The position numbers were made by a program, and so were the translations under genes. A stretch of DNA of 64,000 nt from the human T2T-CHM13v2.0 reference genome, Homo sapiens: assembly GCF_009914755.1 (NCBI RefSeq), contig NC_060939.1, one strand, 5' to 3'. Below, piece after piece: positions 14,169 to 29,292 of the stretch (positions are counted from its first letter, which is position 1; each line of letters opens with the position of its first letter). The notes under the pieces are model-generated. The model made no database searches. It saw nothing but the letters and a program-made list of their open reading frames with translations, and was not told the DNA's origin.

Positions 14169-14819
14169 TGTGTTAGTCCATTTGAGCTATTATAAAGGAA
14201 TACCTGAGGCTGGGTAATTTATAAAGGAAAGAGGTAATTGGCTCATCGTTCTGCAGGCTGTACAAGCATGGTGCTGGCATCTGCTCAGCTTCTGTAGAGG
14301 CCTCAGGGAGCTTTTACTCATGACGGAGGCTAAGTGGGAGCAGACAGTCAGTCACATGGCAAGAAAAGTAGTGAGAGAGAGAGAGGGGAGGTGCCACAAA
14401 CTTTTAAACAACGAGATCTATCACTTCTTGGCCTTTTAGCTAAGATCAAGTGTAGTATCTGTTTTTATCAGTTTAATATATGATACATCTTCTATCCAAG
14501 GACAATATATTAAATGGATTTTTGGAGCAGAGAGATGGAATAGAAGCTTGCTCCATCCACTCCATGCATCGACCTGGTATTGCAGTACCTCCAGGAACAG
14601 TGCACCCCCTCGAGGTATTAAAAAAATAAAATAAAATAAACAACCAGATCTCAGGTGAACTCAGAGCGAGAACTCACTCATCACCAAGGGGATGACGCAA
14701 AGCCATTCATAAGGGATCCATCCCAATGACCTAAACACCTCCCACCATGTCCTGTCGGTAACACTGGGAATTCCATTTCAACATGAGGTTTGGAAGGGAC
14801 AAACATCCAAACCATGCTA
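14169..14819 (-). mobile_element. MSTB-type MaLR solo LTR interrupted by U2 retrocopy
   Basis: TGTGTTAGTCCATTTG...AAGGAATACCTGAGGCTGGGTAATTTATAAAG; LTR resumes at CAACCAGATCTCAGGTGAACTC and ends GGGACAAACATCCAAACCATGCTA. Confidence 0.92.
14420..14637 (+). pseudogene. Full-length U2 snRNA processed pseudogene (187-nt body, short 3' extension, A-rich tail)
   Basis: ATCACTTCTTGGCCTTTTAGCTAAGATCAAGTGTAGTATCTG...GGAACAGTGCACC; about 13 differences from the recalled human U2, 7 at CpGs; TSD AAACAACGAGATCT (14406-14419) / AAACAACCAGATCT (14638-14651). Confidence 0.97.
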
Positions 14820-15017
14820 CCTCTCTACTCAAACATAAAACATCATATTTAGAAAAGTCATTATTGTTGTGGCATAACTATATTCTACATTGATTTGAAA
14901 AGGCCCCTAATTATAGCCAGCAATCATATGATGAGATTAAATTGAATTGATGAACAGATTACATAACAAAGGGGACAAAACATGTTTTGTGAAAACACAC
15001 TTTCAATATTGAACCTA

Positions 15018-15314
15018 GGCCGGGTGTGGTGGCTCACGTCTGTAATCCCAGCACTTTGGGAAGCTGAGGCAGGCGAATCACTTGAGGTCAGGAGTTCAAA
15101 ACCAGCCTGGTCAACATGGAGAATCTCTGTCTCTACTAAAAATACAAAACATTAGCCAGGTGTGGTGGTGCACAGCTCTAATCCCAGCTACTCGGGAGGC
15201 TGAGGCAGGAGAATCGCTTGAACCCAGGAAGCAGAGGTTGAAGTAAGCCTAGATCGCATCATGGCATTCCAGCTTGGGGACAGAGTGAGACTCTATCTGA
15301 AATTTAAAAAAAAA
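15018..15314 (+). mobile_element. AluS (Sz/Sx-like)
   Basis: Full dimer; TSD ATTGAACCTA (15008-15017 / 15315-15324). Confidence 0.96.
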
Positions 15315-15584
15315 ATTGAACCTACATTAAATTATTTTACAATCTCTCATAAAATATAGATTTGCAAGCTTTCCTAACTGACACAATTAATTAACATTTC
15401 TATATAGCAAGGAAGGGCTGAATCTGGGTTTTGACTGCCCCTTTAAACAAGGCAACCACCATCGAATTTGCCTCAGCCCTTTCCATTGTCATCGTAAGTA
15501 CAAATGCTCTCCATCAACTTCCCCTGAGCCTCCACTTCTCATCTGCCATGCCAGGCTTTATATGTGCTGGGCACCAGGTCTGTA

Positions 15585-15700
15585 ACCTTAATCAGTGAGA
15601 CTCTTGAGACAAATGACTGTGCCTTGCTTCTTTTTTCACCCTCAGCCCTGAGCACAGTGCTTGGAATGTAAGACATGTTCGATATATGCTGGCTGTATAC
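15585..15700 (+). mobile_element. L2 3' end fragment
   Basis: GTGAGACTCTTGAGACAAATGACTGTG...CAGCCCTGAGCACAGTGCTTGGAATGTAAG. Confidence 0.65.
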
Positions 15701-17577
15701 ATAACTGCAAATGAACTTCTGTAACTAGAAGCTTCCATAGAGTTAAAGACTTAATAATCAACTAGGCTTCAGATTTACTTTGAAGTGATAAGCATATCGA
15801 CCCATATAAATATTAATTAAACCCAAAGAAATATGGAAGAGAATACGTGTATGAGATTGGGTAAACAGAACAGGGAGGCTGACGAGGTCAAAGGAATACA
15901 TATATGATATTGGCAAGTTCTGAAACCTGCACGGTATCTTCCAACACTCAGTTGAACTTCAAAGGTTTTTAAAAAGCAAAAAATTTAAGAACATTTTCAT
16001 TCCTGATATTTAGTATCATTTAGCATGAGACTCTTGCTCCAAGCCAGGAATAGTATGGTTCATCCAAATCTTAGGAAGAGAGAATAAAATTTGATGTCTG
16101 TGAGCTCAGAACTTTAATATTAATCACGAAAGCGATATCCTTTTCCCAAACCTGCTGTATTTCATTTCCCCATCCTTCCCTCTCCCCACCCTCCTCCTTG
16201 GTCCATTACACTTTATTCTCTTCTTGGGTGTGGGTGGCAGAGGGAGAGGTAATTCATCCTGCATCTTCAGACTGTGTGCAGAATGTGCCTCCCTTCAAGG
16301 TGAACGGCAGTAAGTGAAACTCTTTATTTAAGGGGAGAGAATAGGATCAACCGTAGGCAAAAAAATTATACACACAGATCAGCAGGACTGTGGCCAAAAA
16401 GGATCAAGTACAAACAGATCACTTTGATGTAGCATTTGTTTACTTTCCGATATATTTAAGAATAAATACGAAGACATGCACAAGATTCTGGAATTAAAAT
16501 TGGAAGACTATGGTTGTGAGTTTTTTTTTCATTCACAATTTTGTTTCTTTATAAAAATGAAGTGATGGAGTTAGTCTAAATTATTATGTTAAATTAAGAA
16601 ATATATATGCAGTCATTTTAATCATTTTATTTTCATTGTATACTTGACTTAATTTATTTACCACTATTACCACTTGCAGCATTTTATAAAGAGCAGCTTT
16701 TGAGTAGATCTCTGCATTCAAGTTCATTCTCTCCAGCGGTCTTACCATATATCTGCATTATGCATAGCTTTGCAACAGGAGAATCACAATATCTTGTAAA
16801 AAATATAAACTCAGTGAAAGGAACTTGTCCAGGGTGCCTGTACTTTATTCACAGGTGAATTTCTATTGTCCATTATCATTTATATCTTATATGAACCATT
16901 CTGCACTGCTTGCCTCTAATCCCCTTGCTTGTTAAGGCGCTTAAGAGGAGAATCAGTTGATTTCAAGGCCTTTTGGAGTTCAAGGGCAAAGTGATTATTT
17001 CCTTAAAGGAAAAAAGATCACGGACTCATCACAGTTTCCAAAGTTCAGCTCTTTTTTGTTTCACTAATTAGAAGCCAGACCAAATGCATATCTGGAAGCT
17101 TTTATACAAGCGATCAGCCCTTTGCCCTGGGACCAATTACAGAAAAGTGTCTTTTACACATTACTGCCTGTGACTATCTAGTGTTCATACAAGCTGTCAT
17201 GTTTCACCATGAGTCATGTTAAAACCATATAATCACATAGTTGAAGAGCTAATGATATGTTTGCTCTTCTCAGTTTAATTTACAAACATAACTGCACTCA
17301 TATGCCTATGGCTTATCTGTAGCTTAAACAGGAATTCATGTAAATATATACATAGATGTAGACATGTTAAAAGGCATTATTTAATCAGTAAATGAGATCA
17401 TGCTCTTCTGTCTGAAAACTGTAAGCTTCTATGTCTAATTCCTTCCATAGCAATATTTTTTTCTTGCAAAATGAAAGCAAAAGTTGTATGTATTTATAGA
17501 GAGATTTATTTGGATATCAACTTGAAACGTGTACTCTTTTCCTACACATTTTAGAGAGCTATTAATAACACTGGTTT

Positions 17578-17613
<36 letters not shown>

Positions 17614-17769
17614 TATGTGTGTATATATATACACATATATATGTGTGTATATATATACACATATATATGTGTGTGTATATATATATATACATATATATGT
17701 GTGTGTATATATATATACATATATATGTGTGTATATATATATATACATATATATGTGTGTATATATATA

Positions 17770-17805
<36 letters not shown>
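17578..17805. repeat. Compound (TA)n/(CA)n/(TG)n microsatellite
   Basis: About 228 bp of alternating purine-pyrimidine sequence, read directly. Confidence 0.98.
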
Positions 17806-17817
17806 AACCTTTTCAAC

Positions 17818-18511
<694 letters not shown>

Positions 18512-18794
18512 CCACTACTACTATGCTGATCAGAGTCTTCACATTTATCACATTCTGGTGGTCCAATAATGTCTAATATAAGTAAGTCATCTTTTAAAAG
18601 GGCTTAGATCTTGTTAGAGCTTTGAATATTTGAGCCAAATAAAATAACTTGCCCTTAAGAACAAGGCAAAGATACCGTCTTCACACAGTAGATTCTGTGG
18701 AATGAACATAGCTCTTTTACAAAGATGTCACTTTGAAATCTATAAAGGATTTATATTAAATGCCACCTGCATTTATCAACAATTCTACATTTTA

Positions 18795-19238
18795 TTACTA
18801 TCATAGAAACAGAATGAAACAGTAGTTACAAGAGACTGGGGAGGGGATAGGGAATAGAGGATGAGGAGAGGCTGGTCAACAGAGAGAAAGCTATATTCAG
18901 CTAGAAATAATAAATTCTGGTATAATTCTGGTATTCTATTGCACAGTAGGGTGACTATGGTTGGCAATAAAATATAGTATAATAGAAAATAGGTTATAAG
19001 AGGCTTTTGAATGTTCTCACTGCAAGGGAATGGTAAATGCATGGGGTGATGGATTCACTAATTACCTTGTCTTAGTCCATTTTTGTTGCTATAAAGGAAT
19101 AGCTGAGGCTGGGTAATTTACAAAGAGGTTTATTGGGCTCATGGTTCTGCACAAGAAGGATGGCACCAATATCTACTTTTGATGAGGGCTCAGGAAGCTT
19201 CCACTCACGGCAGAAGGTGAAGGGGAGGCTGCCAAATG

Positions 19239-19269
<31 letters not shown>

Positions 19270-19580
19270 GGAGAGAGAGAAGGTGCCAGGCTCTTTTCAA
19301 CAACTAGTTCTCAAGGGAACAAGAGTGAGAACTCACTCCTTTAAGAATGGCACCAAGCCATTCATGAGGAATCAGTCCCTATGACTCAAACACCTTCCAC
19401 CAGGCCCTACCTCCAACATTGGGGATCAAATTTTAACATGAGACTTAGTAGGAACAAACAAACCCTTTCCAAACTACAGCATACCCCGAGTGGATTATTA
19501 CATAACATAGATATGTACCGAAACATCAAACTGTATTCCATATATATGTGTTATTGCAATGTAGCAATTTTAAAAATAAG
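18795..19580 (+). mobile_element. L1MA-type 3' UTR interrupted by MST LTR
   Basis: TTCTATTGCACAGTAGGGTGACTATGGTT...TTTTGAATGTTCTCAC...GGTGATGGATTCACTAATTACC, resuming after 19486. Confidence 0.8.
19068..19481 (-). mobile_element. MSTB/MSTB1-type solo LTR with internal (GA)n
   Basis: TGTCTTAGTCCATTTTTGTTGCTATAAAGGAA...CCAAACTACAGCA; TSD TACCT/TACCC. Confidence 0.92.
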
Positions 19581-22500
19581 AAATTTTTAATTTCATTTTT
19601 TAGAAAAAGCCACCTAATTGTGACATTACAGGTGACTGTTCTCATTGAGTATTATTAATGATTAAGCGGGGAGAAACGTTACTCACCAAACAATTTTCTG
19701 TCTCCTCCACTAGAGAGGAGACAGATTATAGTTGATAAAGAAAAAAAGCCTCTTCTATCAATTATGGTGGCTAGAAAGTGGTTAATCTTTAAAGAGAAGA
19801 AAAAAATCTTTAATCAATGGCACACAAGTAAAAGCCATATCTTCCTAAAAGTGTCAAACAAGCATTCCAGGTCTTGGTCATTGTAGTACATGTCTCTGTC
19901 CATGCAACTTTAAGGCAACCCGCCTTACAAGAGTTTGGCTAGAGTTTTTACTAAAATTTTCTTACTTCGATACTGCAATGTCCATGTTTGTAAAATTAAA
20001 TATTACTTATAAGGATCACATTCTGGCTTTTATTTCATATAGGCAGTTCCATATTCAGGGTCTGCTATTGTTTTAAACAATAAAATGTCTAATTAAGTAA
20101 ATCATAGTTTATGGTGCTAATTGCTAGGGAATGCCAGATGAAATGAAAGGTGGTTAATTCTAAGTAGAGGGGACTAGGAGGGCTTCTGTGAGATTGTATT
20201 TGATCTGGGCCTCTAAGAATGAAGAGTTTTGTTTGACTGTGGAAAAATACACATAACATGAAAAATTCCATTTCACCACATTAATTACATAGATAGGATT
20301 TTTTAACAGAGTAAAGCTTTGAAGTCCAGGAATAGAGCACCTGCACACCATAACAGAAAATTTTGAAAGCACATGAATATTATTTATGAATGGCTGGGTG
20401 TGGAAAGTTTGGAAAACATTAGGTGACATAGGTAGTTTGATTTTCAAACTTACAATTTTGGAATTTATTTTGCAGACCATGAGGAAACACATGGCGTTTT
20501 TGTAGGATTTGAAAGCATGAAACTAGGAAAGGGCAGTCATCTTCTGTATTAGAGAAATTTAGGTGGAATTGGAGATACATGAAAGCCAAGAAGACAAGTT
20601 ATTTAATAATATTGCAAATGGCCAGATGAATAAAGTGAAAAAAAAAGGCAATAGACATGATGAATATAATGGCAATACCCATGGCACATTAAATAGAAAA
20701 GGCTGTTAAGGAAGGAAGGCCTGAGTAAACAAGATTTCAAAATATTACAGAATTTAGGATGTTGCAAACTGAATCAAAACTGAAACATCAAGGAAACCTA
20801 GACAAAAGGTAGTTGCAAGAATAAAAGAGTTTCAAGAGAATTATGGCAGTCGATAATATCAAATTCTTAAGAGATTTCAAGTGGGCTGAGAGGCCTCACC
20901 GTCTTTTTATACAACAAAAACAAAAACACTGTTTCATTGAGTATTATGACATTCAGCTGGGCCAGAAGCTTCCCAAATCTAAGGTTTTGAACTTTGAAAA
21001 TGGGAAGAATGATACTATTTAGAAGTCCAGAGGTAGGTCTAATTTAATAAAAGTCAAAGTAAGATAAGATATTGCAGTCAGCTCCGAAATTACAGGTTTA
21101 GTCAACATGGAAAAATGTATGTCACGCTTTACAAATTCTTTCAAATGACCCATAAATTCAGCATTAAGATAAACTAAATAGACAATATTGGATACCGAAT
21201 ACAGAATCTGGTAACAAATATCAAAGCTAGGTTGTTTTAAAATCACCACTCAAATCATGACAGTCTCTGAATCATAGATGTGGAAATAAGACATTGACTC
21301 AGAAATCAATTACAGAAGATATTAAAAAATATTTTGGGGAATTAGGGCAATGACAGAAAACAATACCAAAAAAAGTGGAAACCAATAGCAAATACCATAT
21401 AAAATCTTATCAAGAATGACACACAATAATAAAAATTAAGTAAACAGGATCCCAAAAAGATTTCCTAATTTAATGTATGCATATTATAACTGAATTTAAT
21501 ATTTCTTGTTATTCATTTGCTGCCTAAATGTAAATTAATTTATGAATTGATTTATAAGCCAAAATAAAGGCACAGATTGCTTTAATATATACAAAACAGA
21601 TGCTCCGAATATCCCTATGTGCAGATTTCATGTATACATGGTAAAGCTTGAGTTGTAAATACCCACTTAAGAACGCCTATTCATAATTTAGGGAATAAGT
21701 TCCACTTAAAACCATAATTCTGCCTCTGTGAAATAAACAGGAAGGTAGTCAACACTGGACATTGTGAGAAAACTGCCAAGATTTAATAAGTGTTAACTCA
21801 TCATGCTGCTGTTTTAGCAAATTTACCAGTAGGGAATAATCCTGGGAGAAGTGCATGGGGAAGCCGTATCTCAAACTGATAAATTGGTTATGTTCCTTTT
21901 TTCCCTCGCAGTGGACCTCAGGGAAGCCCGGTGACATCTCCACAGAATGACCATATCCCCCAACAATCACCTCCACTAAAACTTTAAAATCCCTGCTGAA
22001 ACCACCCAATCCTGCCAAATTAGTGCCTTAGGTGGTCCCACTATACTTTTTAGATGCCTTAGAATTTTCTTTAGCCTGATAACTGAAGAATAATGAAGGA
22101 CAACTCCTTATTTCAAATGGAGTCACCAGGATGATCAAGTGGCTGTGCCTTCTCTAATCTCTTAATCCTTCTCCCAAGGTAGCTTATTCATTACATGAGA
22201 GAACCCATTTTTGGCTATCCTTAGCACATGAAGGAACTACCCAGAGGAGGGAGTAAAGGGGAGGGTGGGGAAGCCAAAAGCCCTTTCCCTAAGAGAATCC
22301 ATAATCACAGAATAGAAACAGTTGAAATGGCCCTGAAATGAATATGGCGTAGATGAGATAAACTGACAAGAAGAGGATGTTGGCAGCTTGGATCAGAGGG
22401 TTCAGGAAGATATGAATTATTTCAAGAAGTGAAAGTGAGTCAAATATGAATGAATGACTGCCTCAGGAGGACAAAGAGAAAGAAGAATCTTGGAATTAAA

Positions 22501-24398
22501 GGATGCAAACATAATCTTCAGAACAAATTCAAGATAAAGTTGATTCCTTTACAAATGCTATTTCTTTTTCTTTTTTCTTTTCTTTTTTTTTTTTTTTTAC
22601 TTCTTTTAGAATTAGCAATTTTGAAACAGAAAATGAGGTGCAACTTTAGGTCTCACACCTTATACTCTCAGAGCTCCTCTCTATGCCAAGGTCCAGGGCC
22701 ATGTGTAGACTATCATCTTTGCATTCTGGCCATAGCTCACTGGGGTGCAGATGACCAACTGGCTGAATCTAGACCAATAAAATTTTCCTCTTAGAAGTAT
22801 GGAAATAGGACACAGAGCTGCTGGTAAGTTTCTGTTAATGAATTGGATTGGGAAGTGATGTATGTAAAACAGTAAAACAGATGCATGGTGGTACTGATTA
22901 CCCATTTGCTTGTCTAAGCTGAGAAACTATTCTACAAAAAAGGATGAGAAAAATGAAGCAGTTGGGAAGGAAACAATGGCGAAACTTCTGAGGCTCACAG
23001 AAACAGTATGTTTATTTTGGTTTCTGGCTTTCCAATCCCCAGTTCCATGGAAATGAAATATGGTTTTACATCTAACCCTAGATGTTATGAGATCTAAAAA
23101 ATAATCCCTTTTACTTTGTATATATTGGTTTAAATGGTCTTTCTTCCTTATAACCAAACAATTCCCAAAATATAGATGTAAATAATTTTGAAAGTTGCAG
23201 CATACATTTATTAAGTATACAGTATTTCAGTACAAAATATATATCCACTACACAATATTGCAAATTTGTTTTGGGGTTAAATAGGTTATTCTGAGATGTG
23301 CTCACCACCAGTTATGCCACTCTCTAAAATAGTGAGCAGGAGCCAAATCATGAAGAATACTAAATGTCATTCCTTAGAATATTTGAAAACCATTTGTAAG
23401 AGAGAATTATTTAAAACAAATCTTTTCTCTCTTGGGCATAAACATTTTCCTGCAATTAATTCCAAGTCCACATTTTCCATATGAATTTCAGAAAAGAAAT
23501 AGCCCCAAATACACCCATTTCTAAAAATGAGAACGATTATATTATTGATACTTTTTTAGAAAAAGGTACTGACTTTCCCAAAGGCCGGTTCAGATGCTTA
23601 GGGTGACACAAGACTCTTTTGTGTAACAGCCCCAAAACTGAACATGATTCGTGTTTGAGTAAAGAAATATAAAATTATCAAAGCAATTAATTAAAGGCTG
23701 TCAGAATCAGAAGGTTTAAATAGTGTAAATTTCTAATTGGTAAAGAAAGTTCCTTCTTTTGAAAGGGAAATACTAAAGGCAGTAGAGTTATCTCATAATC
23801 AGTAGATATTAGTGTTGGATAAATATTAGTGTCTAGACTTCGGGTTACAGTGCACTAGTTAATTTGCTCCAAATTTCTTGCTGAAGACAACTAGAAAAGT
23901 TGGGTAAAATATAAAAATCTATTCATTGGTGAAAACAATAGATACACAGAAAAATCTTTTTAAAAACTAACTATATAAGAAAGAAAAGACAGATTTCCTT
24001 TTAAGAAACAACAATAAGATATACATCTAACTTCTCAATAGAAACATAGGAGGCCGAGGACAAAGGAATATATTTTTGAAAGGTTGAAAAGAAGTAACTT
24101 CCAACTTAGAATTTTATATCCACTAAAAACTGTCCTTTCAAAATAAAAGAGAAGTATAGCAATTTTTAGAAAAATATGAAGAGGGTTTATTATCAGCATG
24201 CTTGCACAAAAGGGGGTGCTAAAAGGTGTGTTTGGACAGAAGAAAACTAATGTAGAATCAAAGATCAGAGATCCAGAAAACAATGAAAAGCACAGATAGA
24301 TAAATATTAATATCAACTGTAAGAAAAATGATAATAATGTCTTATTGTATTTTTATATTTAGAATTAAAATAAATTTCAAGAAATCATACTAACATGA

Positions 24399-24668
24399 TT
24401 TTTTTTTTTTTTTTCACATTCCGAGGCTCACTCTGTAACCCAGGCTGGAGTGCAGCACAGAATCATGGCTCAAACTTCTGGACTCAAGTGGTCCTCCCAC
24501 CTTAGCCTCCCATGTAGATAGTACTACAAGCATGCACTACTATGTCCAGCTAATTAAAACAAAATAGTAGAGATGGGGTTCTCACTATGTTGCCCAGGAT
24601 AGTCTTGATCCTCCTGCCTTGGCCTCCCAAAGCACTGAGATTATAGGCTTAACTATCTTGCTTTGACT
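24399..24668 (-). mobile_element. AluJ (degenerate, with internal deletions)
   Basis: GGACTCAAGTGGTCCTCCCACCTTAGCC and TCACTATGTTGCCCAGG are J-type; T tail. Confidence 0.88.
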
Positions 24669-26556
24669 AAAAAGAGAGTCAGAGTACCAACTAGTACATC
24701 TTTGCTAATCTAAAAAACACATTCTCTGATCTCTAGGCTAACCACTAATAAAATAGTGAAAGGAAAAATCACTTTCAACATGGTAGGGGAGAAATTAGAA
24801 TACAAAAATACTTTATAAGATGAAATATATACAGAGAGAAAAAGAAAGAGCATCAGGAAAAAATAGAACACACTTAGCAAAGCGATATGTTTAAGTAAAA
24901 TTCTACCAGCAGTTATATAAAATATAAATGCACAAAGTGCTCCAAATTTAAAAACTGTTTCTGTCAGTATTAAAAAATCTCAACTAAATGCTGTAAGTAA
25001 CATATCCATATTCTATCAAATATTAATAAGTTGAAAATAAGAATGGAGAAAGATATAACATGAAAATACTAACCATAAAGCGGAAAAAATACTCGTTTAC
25101 CTATATTAATAGAAGGCATTGCACTTTAAGGCAAGAAAATTCAAGCAGCATAATAATAATAATAGGTTCAATTTATCAAGAATTCAAACTAGAACAAATC
25201 TAATAACAAAGCCTAAAATATATAGAAAAGATGTGAACAAAATTTGAAGAATAAAAGACAAATCCACAATTCTAGTGGAAGATTTTAAAATACAAATGTC
25301 AGTAACTAAAATCAACCAAAATCAAAAAATAATAAGCGAACTAAAAAATTATTATGGATGTAAAAAATTTTAATAACAACATCCACAAAACTGACCTCAT
25401 GGAATTTTGTAGAGCCAATTCTGTGCATCCAATACCTTCAGAAGACATATTTTTGAGTACATATGAAACATTTCTGAAAACCATAGGGATGATAAAAACA
25501 AATTTCAAATAATTAAAATCAAGCAAAGAATATAATTTGACTGCAATACAATTTTTCTAGAAATCAATAAGAAAAAAGGAACTAGAAAACATACTTTGGA
25601 AAATTTAAAATAATTATTTATAACTAACCCACAGGTCAGAGAAGAAATACCATAGATTTTAGAAAATATTTTCAATTGAAAGAAAAATTTTAAATATCGT
25701 ATACTGAACGTGCAATGAAAGCTACTACCTAGTGTGATAGCTATAACCCAGAATACATATGTTAGGAAAAAAAGAAGCTAGAATTCAATCATCTCAAAAA
25801 TTTAGGGAAAATAAACCTGGCAAATTAAGCCCAAAGAAAGAAAAAGGATGAGAATAATGTACAAAAATTATCAGGTTAGGTAAAACTAATGTAAAATGGA
25901 GAAGACCAACAAAGCCAAAGTATGTTATCTGGACACACTAAAAAAAAAAAATTGAAAGACTTAGAGTAAGACTAATGAAAATGAAAGAGAGAAGTGAGAG
26001 TGTGTAAAAATGATCAGTGTCAGAAAGGAAAAGAGAGACATTACTACAGATGTTTTACACTTTTAAAAGAACACAGGAAATAGTATGAACATTTATTCTA
26101 ATAATCTCTAAAATTTAAATTACGCAAATAATTTTTTAAATAACTAAATGGACACAAGAAGAAGTAAAAAAACTTAATCCGTAAATAAATCATCTCACAA
26201 AAAAGAAAAGGAAAGATGAAGGAAAGAGAAGAAGGGGTGGGTAGGAGAGGGGAGGGCAGAATAAATGTGAAGACCCAGATAGCTTTACTGTTGATTTTAG
26301 GGAAGAAATTATGCCAGTTCTACTTATGCTGTTACACAGAAGAGTGAAAGAGGAACTTATTCTCCAACTCATTTTCTTGAGGACAGCATAGGTCTTGTAC
26401 CAAAATTTGATTAAAAGAACATAAAATTACAGTACCTAAATGTAAAAATTTTAGAAAACTGTAGTAAAATAGGAACATGATGGTCCACAGTAACTAATTT
26501 GGGCTCAATTTAGTTATTCAAAGTAGCTTTAATATTTAAAAGAAATCATTGTGTTC

Positions 26557-26831
26557 CAGGAACAGAAAATCAAACCCTGCATGTCCTCACTCATATTTGG
26601 TAGTTGAACAATGAGAACACATGGACACAGAGAGGGGAACATCACATACGGGGGCCTGTTGGCGGGTAGGGAGAAAGGGGAGGGAGAGCATTAGGACAAA
26701 TATCTAATGCATGCGGGGCTTAAAACCTAGATGACAACAAACACACCACCTTGGCACACGTATACCTATGTAACAAACCTGCACATTAAGCACTTGTATC
26801 CCAGAACTTAAAGTAAAATTAAAAAAAATAT
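26557..26831 (+). mobile_element. 5'-truncated L1PA (about PA8-like) 3' end inserted into the old L1M
   Basis: AATGAGAACACATGGACACAG...GCATGCGGGGCTTAAAACCTAGATGAC...CCAGAACTTAAAGT; TSD ATCATTGTGTTC (26545-26556 / 26832-26843). Confidence 0.93.
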
Positions 26832-27931
26832 ATCATTGTGTTCACAACATTAATCATATAAAAGAGAAAAACTGTAGGCATATTTCATCAGATGCAGAAA
26901 CAACATCTGGAAACTACTGAAATATGTATCAATAGTAAAATAGATAAAAATCATTGTGGTTTATTAATAGGTTGAAATATTACTCATCAACCCAAAATAA
27001 ACTAATTGGAGTTACACATACACAAGGAATAAGTCAGACAAAGATAATTCTGATTGAAAGAAGCCAGGTAAAAAAAAATGCTATTTATTTCCATTTATAA
27101 AAAGTGAAAAAAATAATTAAACCACAGTGTTTAGGATACTTGCTTAGATGGTAAAGCTTTAAAGACAAACAAAACTATGATTATATAAGCATACAGATAA
27201 TAACTACTTTGGGAAAGAGCAACAGGAATAGAAATTCAGAAGGGACAGCTTCTGGGATGTTGACCATGTTCTATTTCTGGACATGGGTGGTAACTTTTTA
27301 GTTGTTCATTTTTTGATAGCCATAGAGCTGCATACCTATGTTTGGTATAATTTTCTGCGTAATTTTCACCTATATTTTATTTTTAAAAGTCTTTGCCAAC
27401 TGTATTCCCCTCACAAAACAGAGACATAGATTATAGTATCAAATGTGCATATTGCAAATGTTAAAAACTGACATTTAAAGCATTCTAGTAATTCATGTTC
27501 ACTAATGCAAAACAGCACTTTTTGATCATCATTTATGATTTGCTTACATCCCAAGTAAGTGCTAAATCACTTGAGAGATGTGTAAAAAGTAAAACCTATA
27601 TCCAATAGGAAGCCAAATTCTTATTTAAGATCGTGTTGCTATTCTGGACATTTGATAGTTTAGGAAACAATTACCTCAGTCATTGAAAATGTACCAAAAA
27701 ATTTTGCTCGTGCTACAACTTTGAGAATCTATGCTTGAAGCATGGAACAGATAAAGGCATAGCAGATAATCTACAGTTAAATTATACTTGGGTGTATTAA
27801 TTTAATTGTTAAAACAACAAAAAGAAAATCATATGCAATCCATACCACTCTTAATCAATTTGGATGTGCAAATACTTTATGAAGCACTCCATTCACGAGT
27901 TACATTGACACTTCAGATCTATCAAAACTAA

Positions 27932-28310
<379 letters not shown>

Positions 28311-29278
28311 CATTACATTCCTTTTATTACTTCTAAAACATCACTCCTGGATACATGATAACTTGATGTACACTTGATTTTGAACAAACTAAATCGTAGG
28401 CAAAGTAGGGTAAGCATCAATACTTAGGCAATACTGAGAGAAGTCAGGAAAATCACAGATGAAAAGTGTAGCCTGGAAGAAAAGGCAGGACCATGCTAGG
28501 AAAACTCTAGAAAATACAGCTAGAAAATATAGTAGGACTAGAGAAGAGCTGATCAAAAATAGGGCTGATCCTGTCAGCTAGTGGACAGGACCAATAGAGA
28601 GTTCCACTAGAAATCACACATTTCAGAAATATTTAAGCTATAATTTATTTTGCAAAATTAACTTTAAAGGGGGGTGAGGAGTGAAAGAAAAAAGAAAGAA
28701 AAACAAACAAATAATAACATAAAAGAGAGAACTGAGGGAAATCTAAGAAGTGACACGGTTTTAGTGAGGACGACCACAGGAGGCCGATATACTGGGGAAC
28801 AGAAACAGGTATAAAATTATTTTAACTGAAACTAAACATAAAATCAACTAATTCCACACATGCATAATGATTTCTAACATTTTATGTTTTTAAAAGTTCT
28901 CTTCAATGTCACTTCAAAATTTTAGGGGGATGGGAATACTGTTTATTCCCATCCATATAATTATGGGAATAATAATTATAATTAAATGGCATCCATATAA
29001 TTAAATCAATTCATTTGACCCTCTTTTTTTCACTTTTGTACCAATTCTTTTAGAACCATGAAGACACAGATCTGACCAACTTTGATTAGCCAACAGAACT
29101 TTTTTTCCCCTTAGTGAATGGAAAGATGGTTTAAAATGGTTCCCTGGCAGGAATAGATCAAATTTTTGAAAATAGCACATGGGAACCATGCAGCAGTACA
29201 GGTCAAGCCATGTCATGGCTGGCCCTCCAAGCAATCTGTTCCTTCAGCAGAGAGATTAGGGACGCGCTTGGTCGAGGG

Positions 29279-29292
29279 GCAGCAGAGGGCAC
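29279..29292 (+). promoter_or_regulatory. Candidate CTCF binding motif
   Basis: GCAGCAGAGGGCAC is one mismatch from CCASYAGRKGGCRS and lies in a short GC/CpG-containing patch of unique DNA; motif match only. Confidence 0.45.

Larger units (their letters stand above)
23830..27370 (+). mobile_element. Ancient L1M (L1ME/MD-like), internally deleted; 5' end, ORF1 end, ORF2 start and 3' UTR remnants
   Basis: A-rich strand; CAACTTAGAATTTTATATCCA (ORF1), CAAATCCACAATTCTAGTGGAAGATTTTAA (endonuclease region), CAGATGCAGAAA (RT region), then 3' UTR-like sequence. Confidence 0.8.

Noticed and set aside
14420-14606. Active U2 snRNA gene
   Set aside because: Embedded in an LTR with TSD and A tail, no recognisable PSE or 3' box, and CpG decay.
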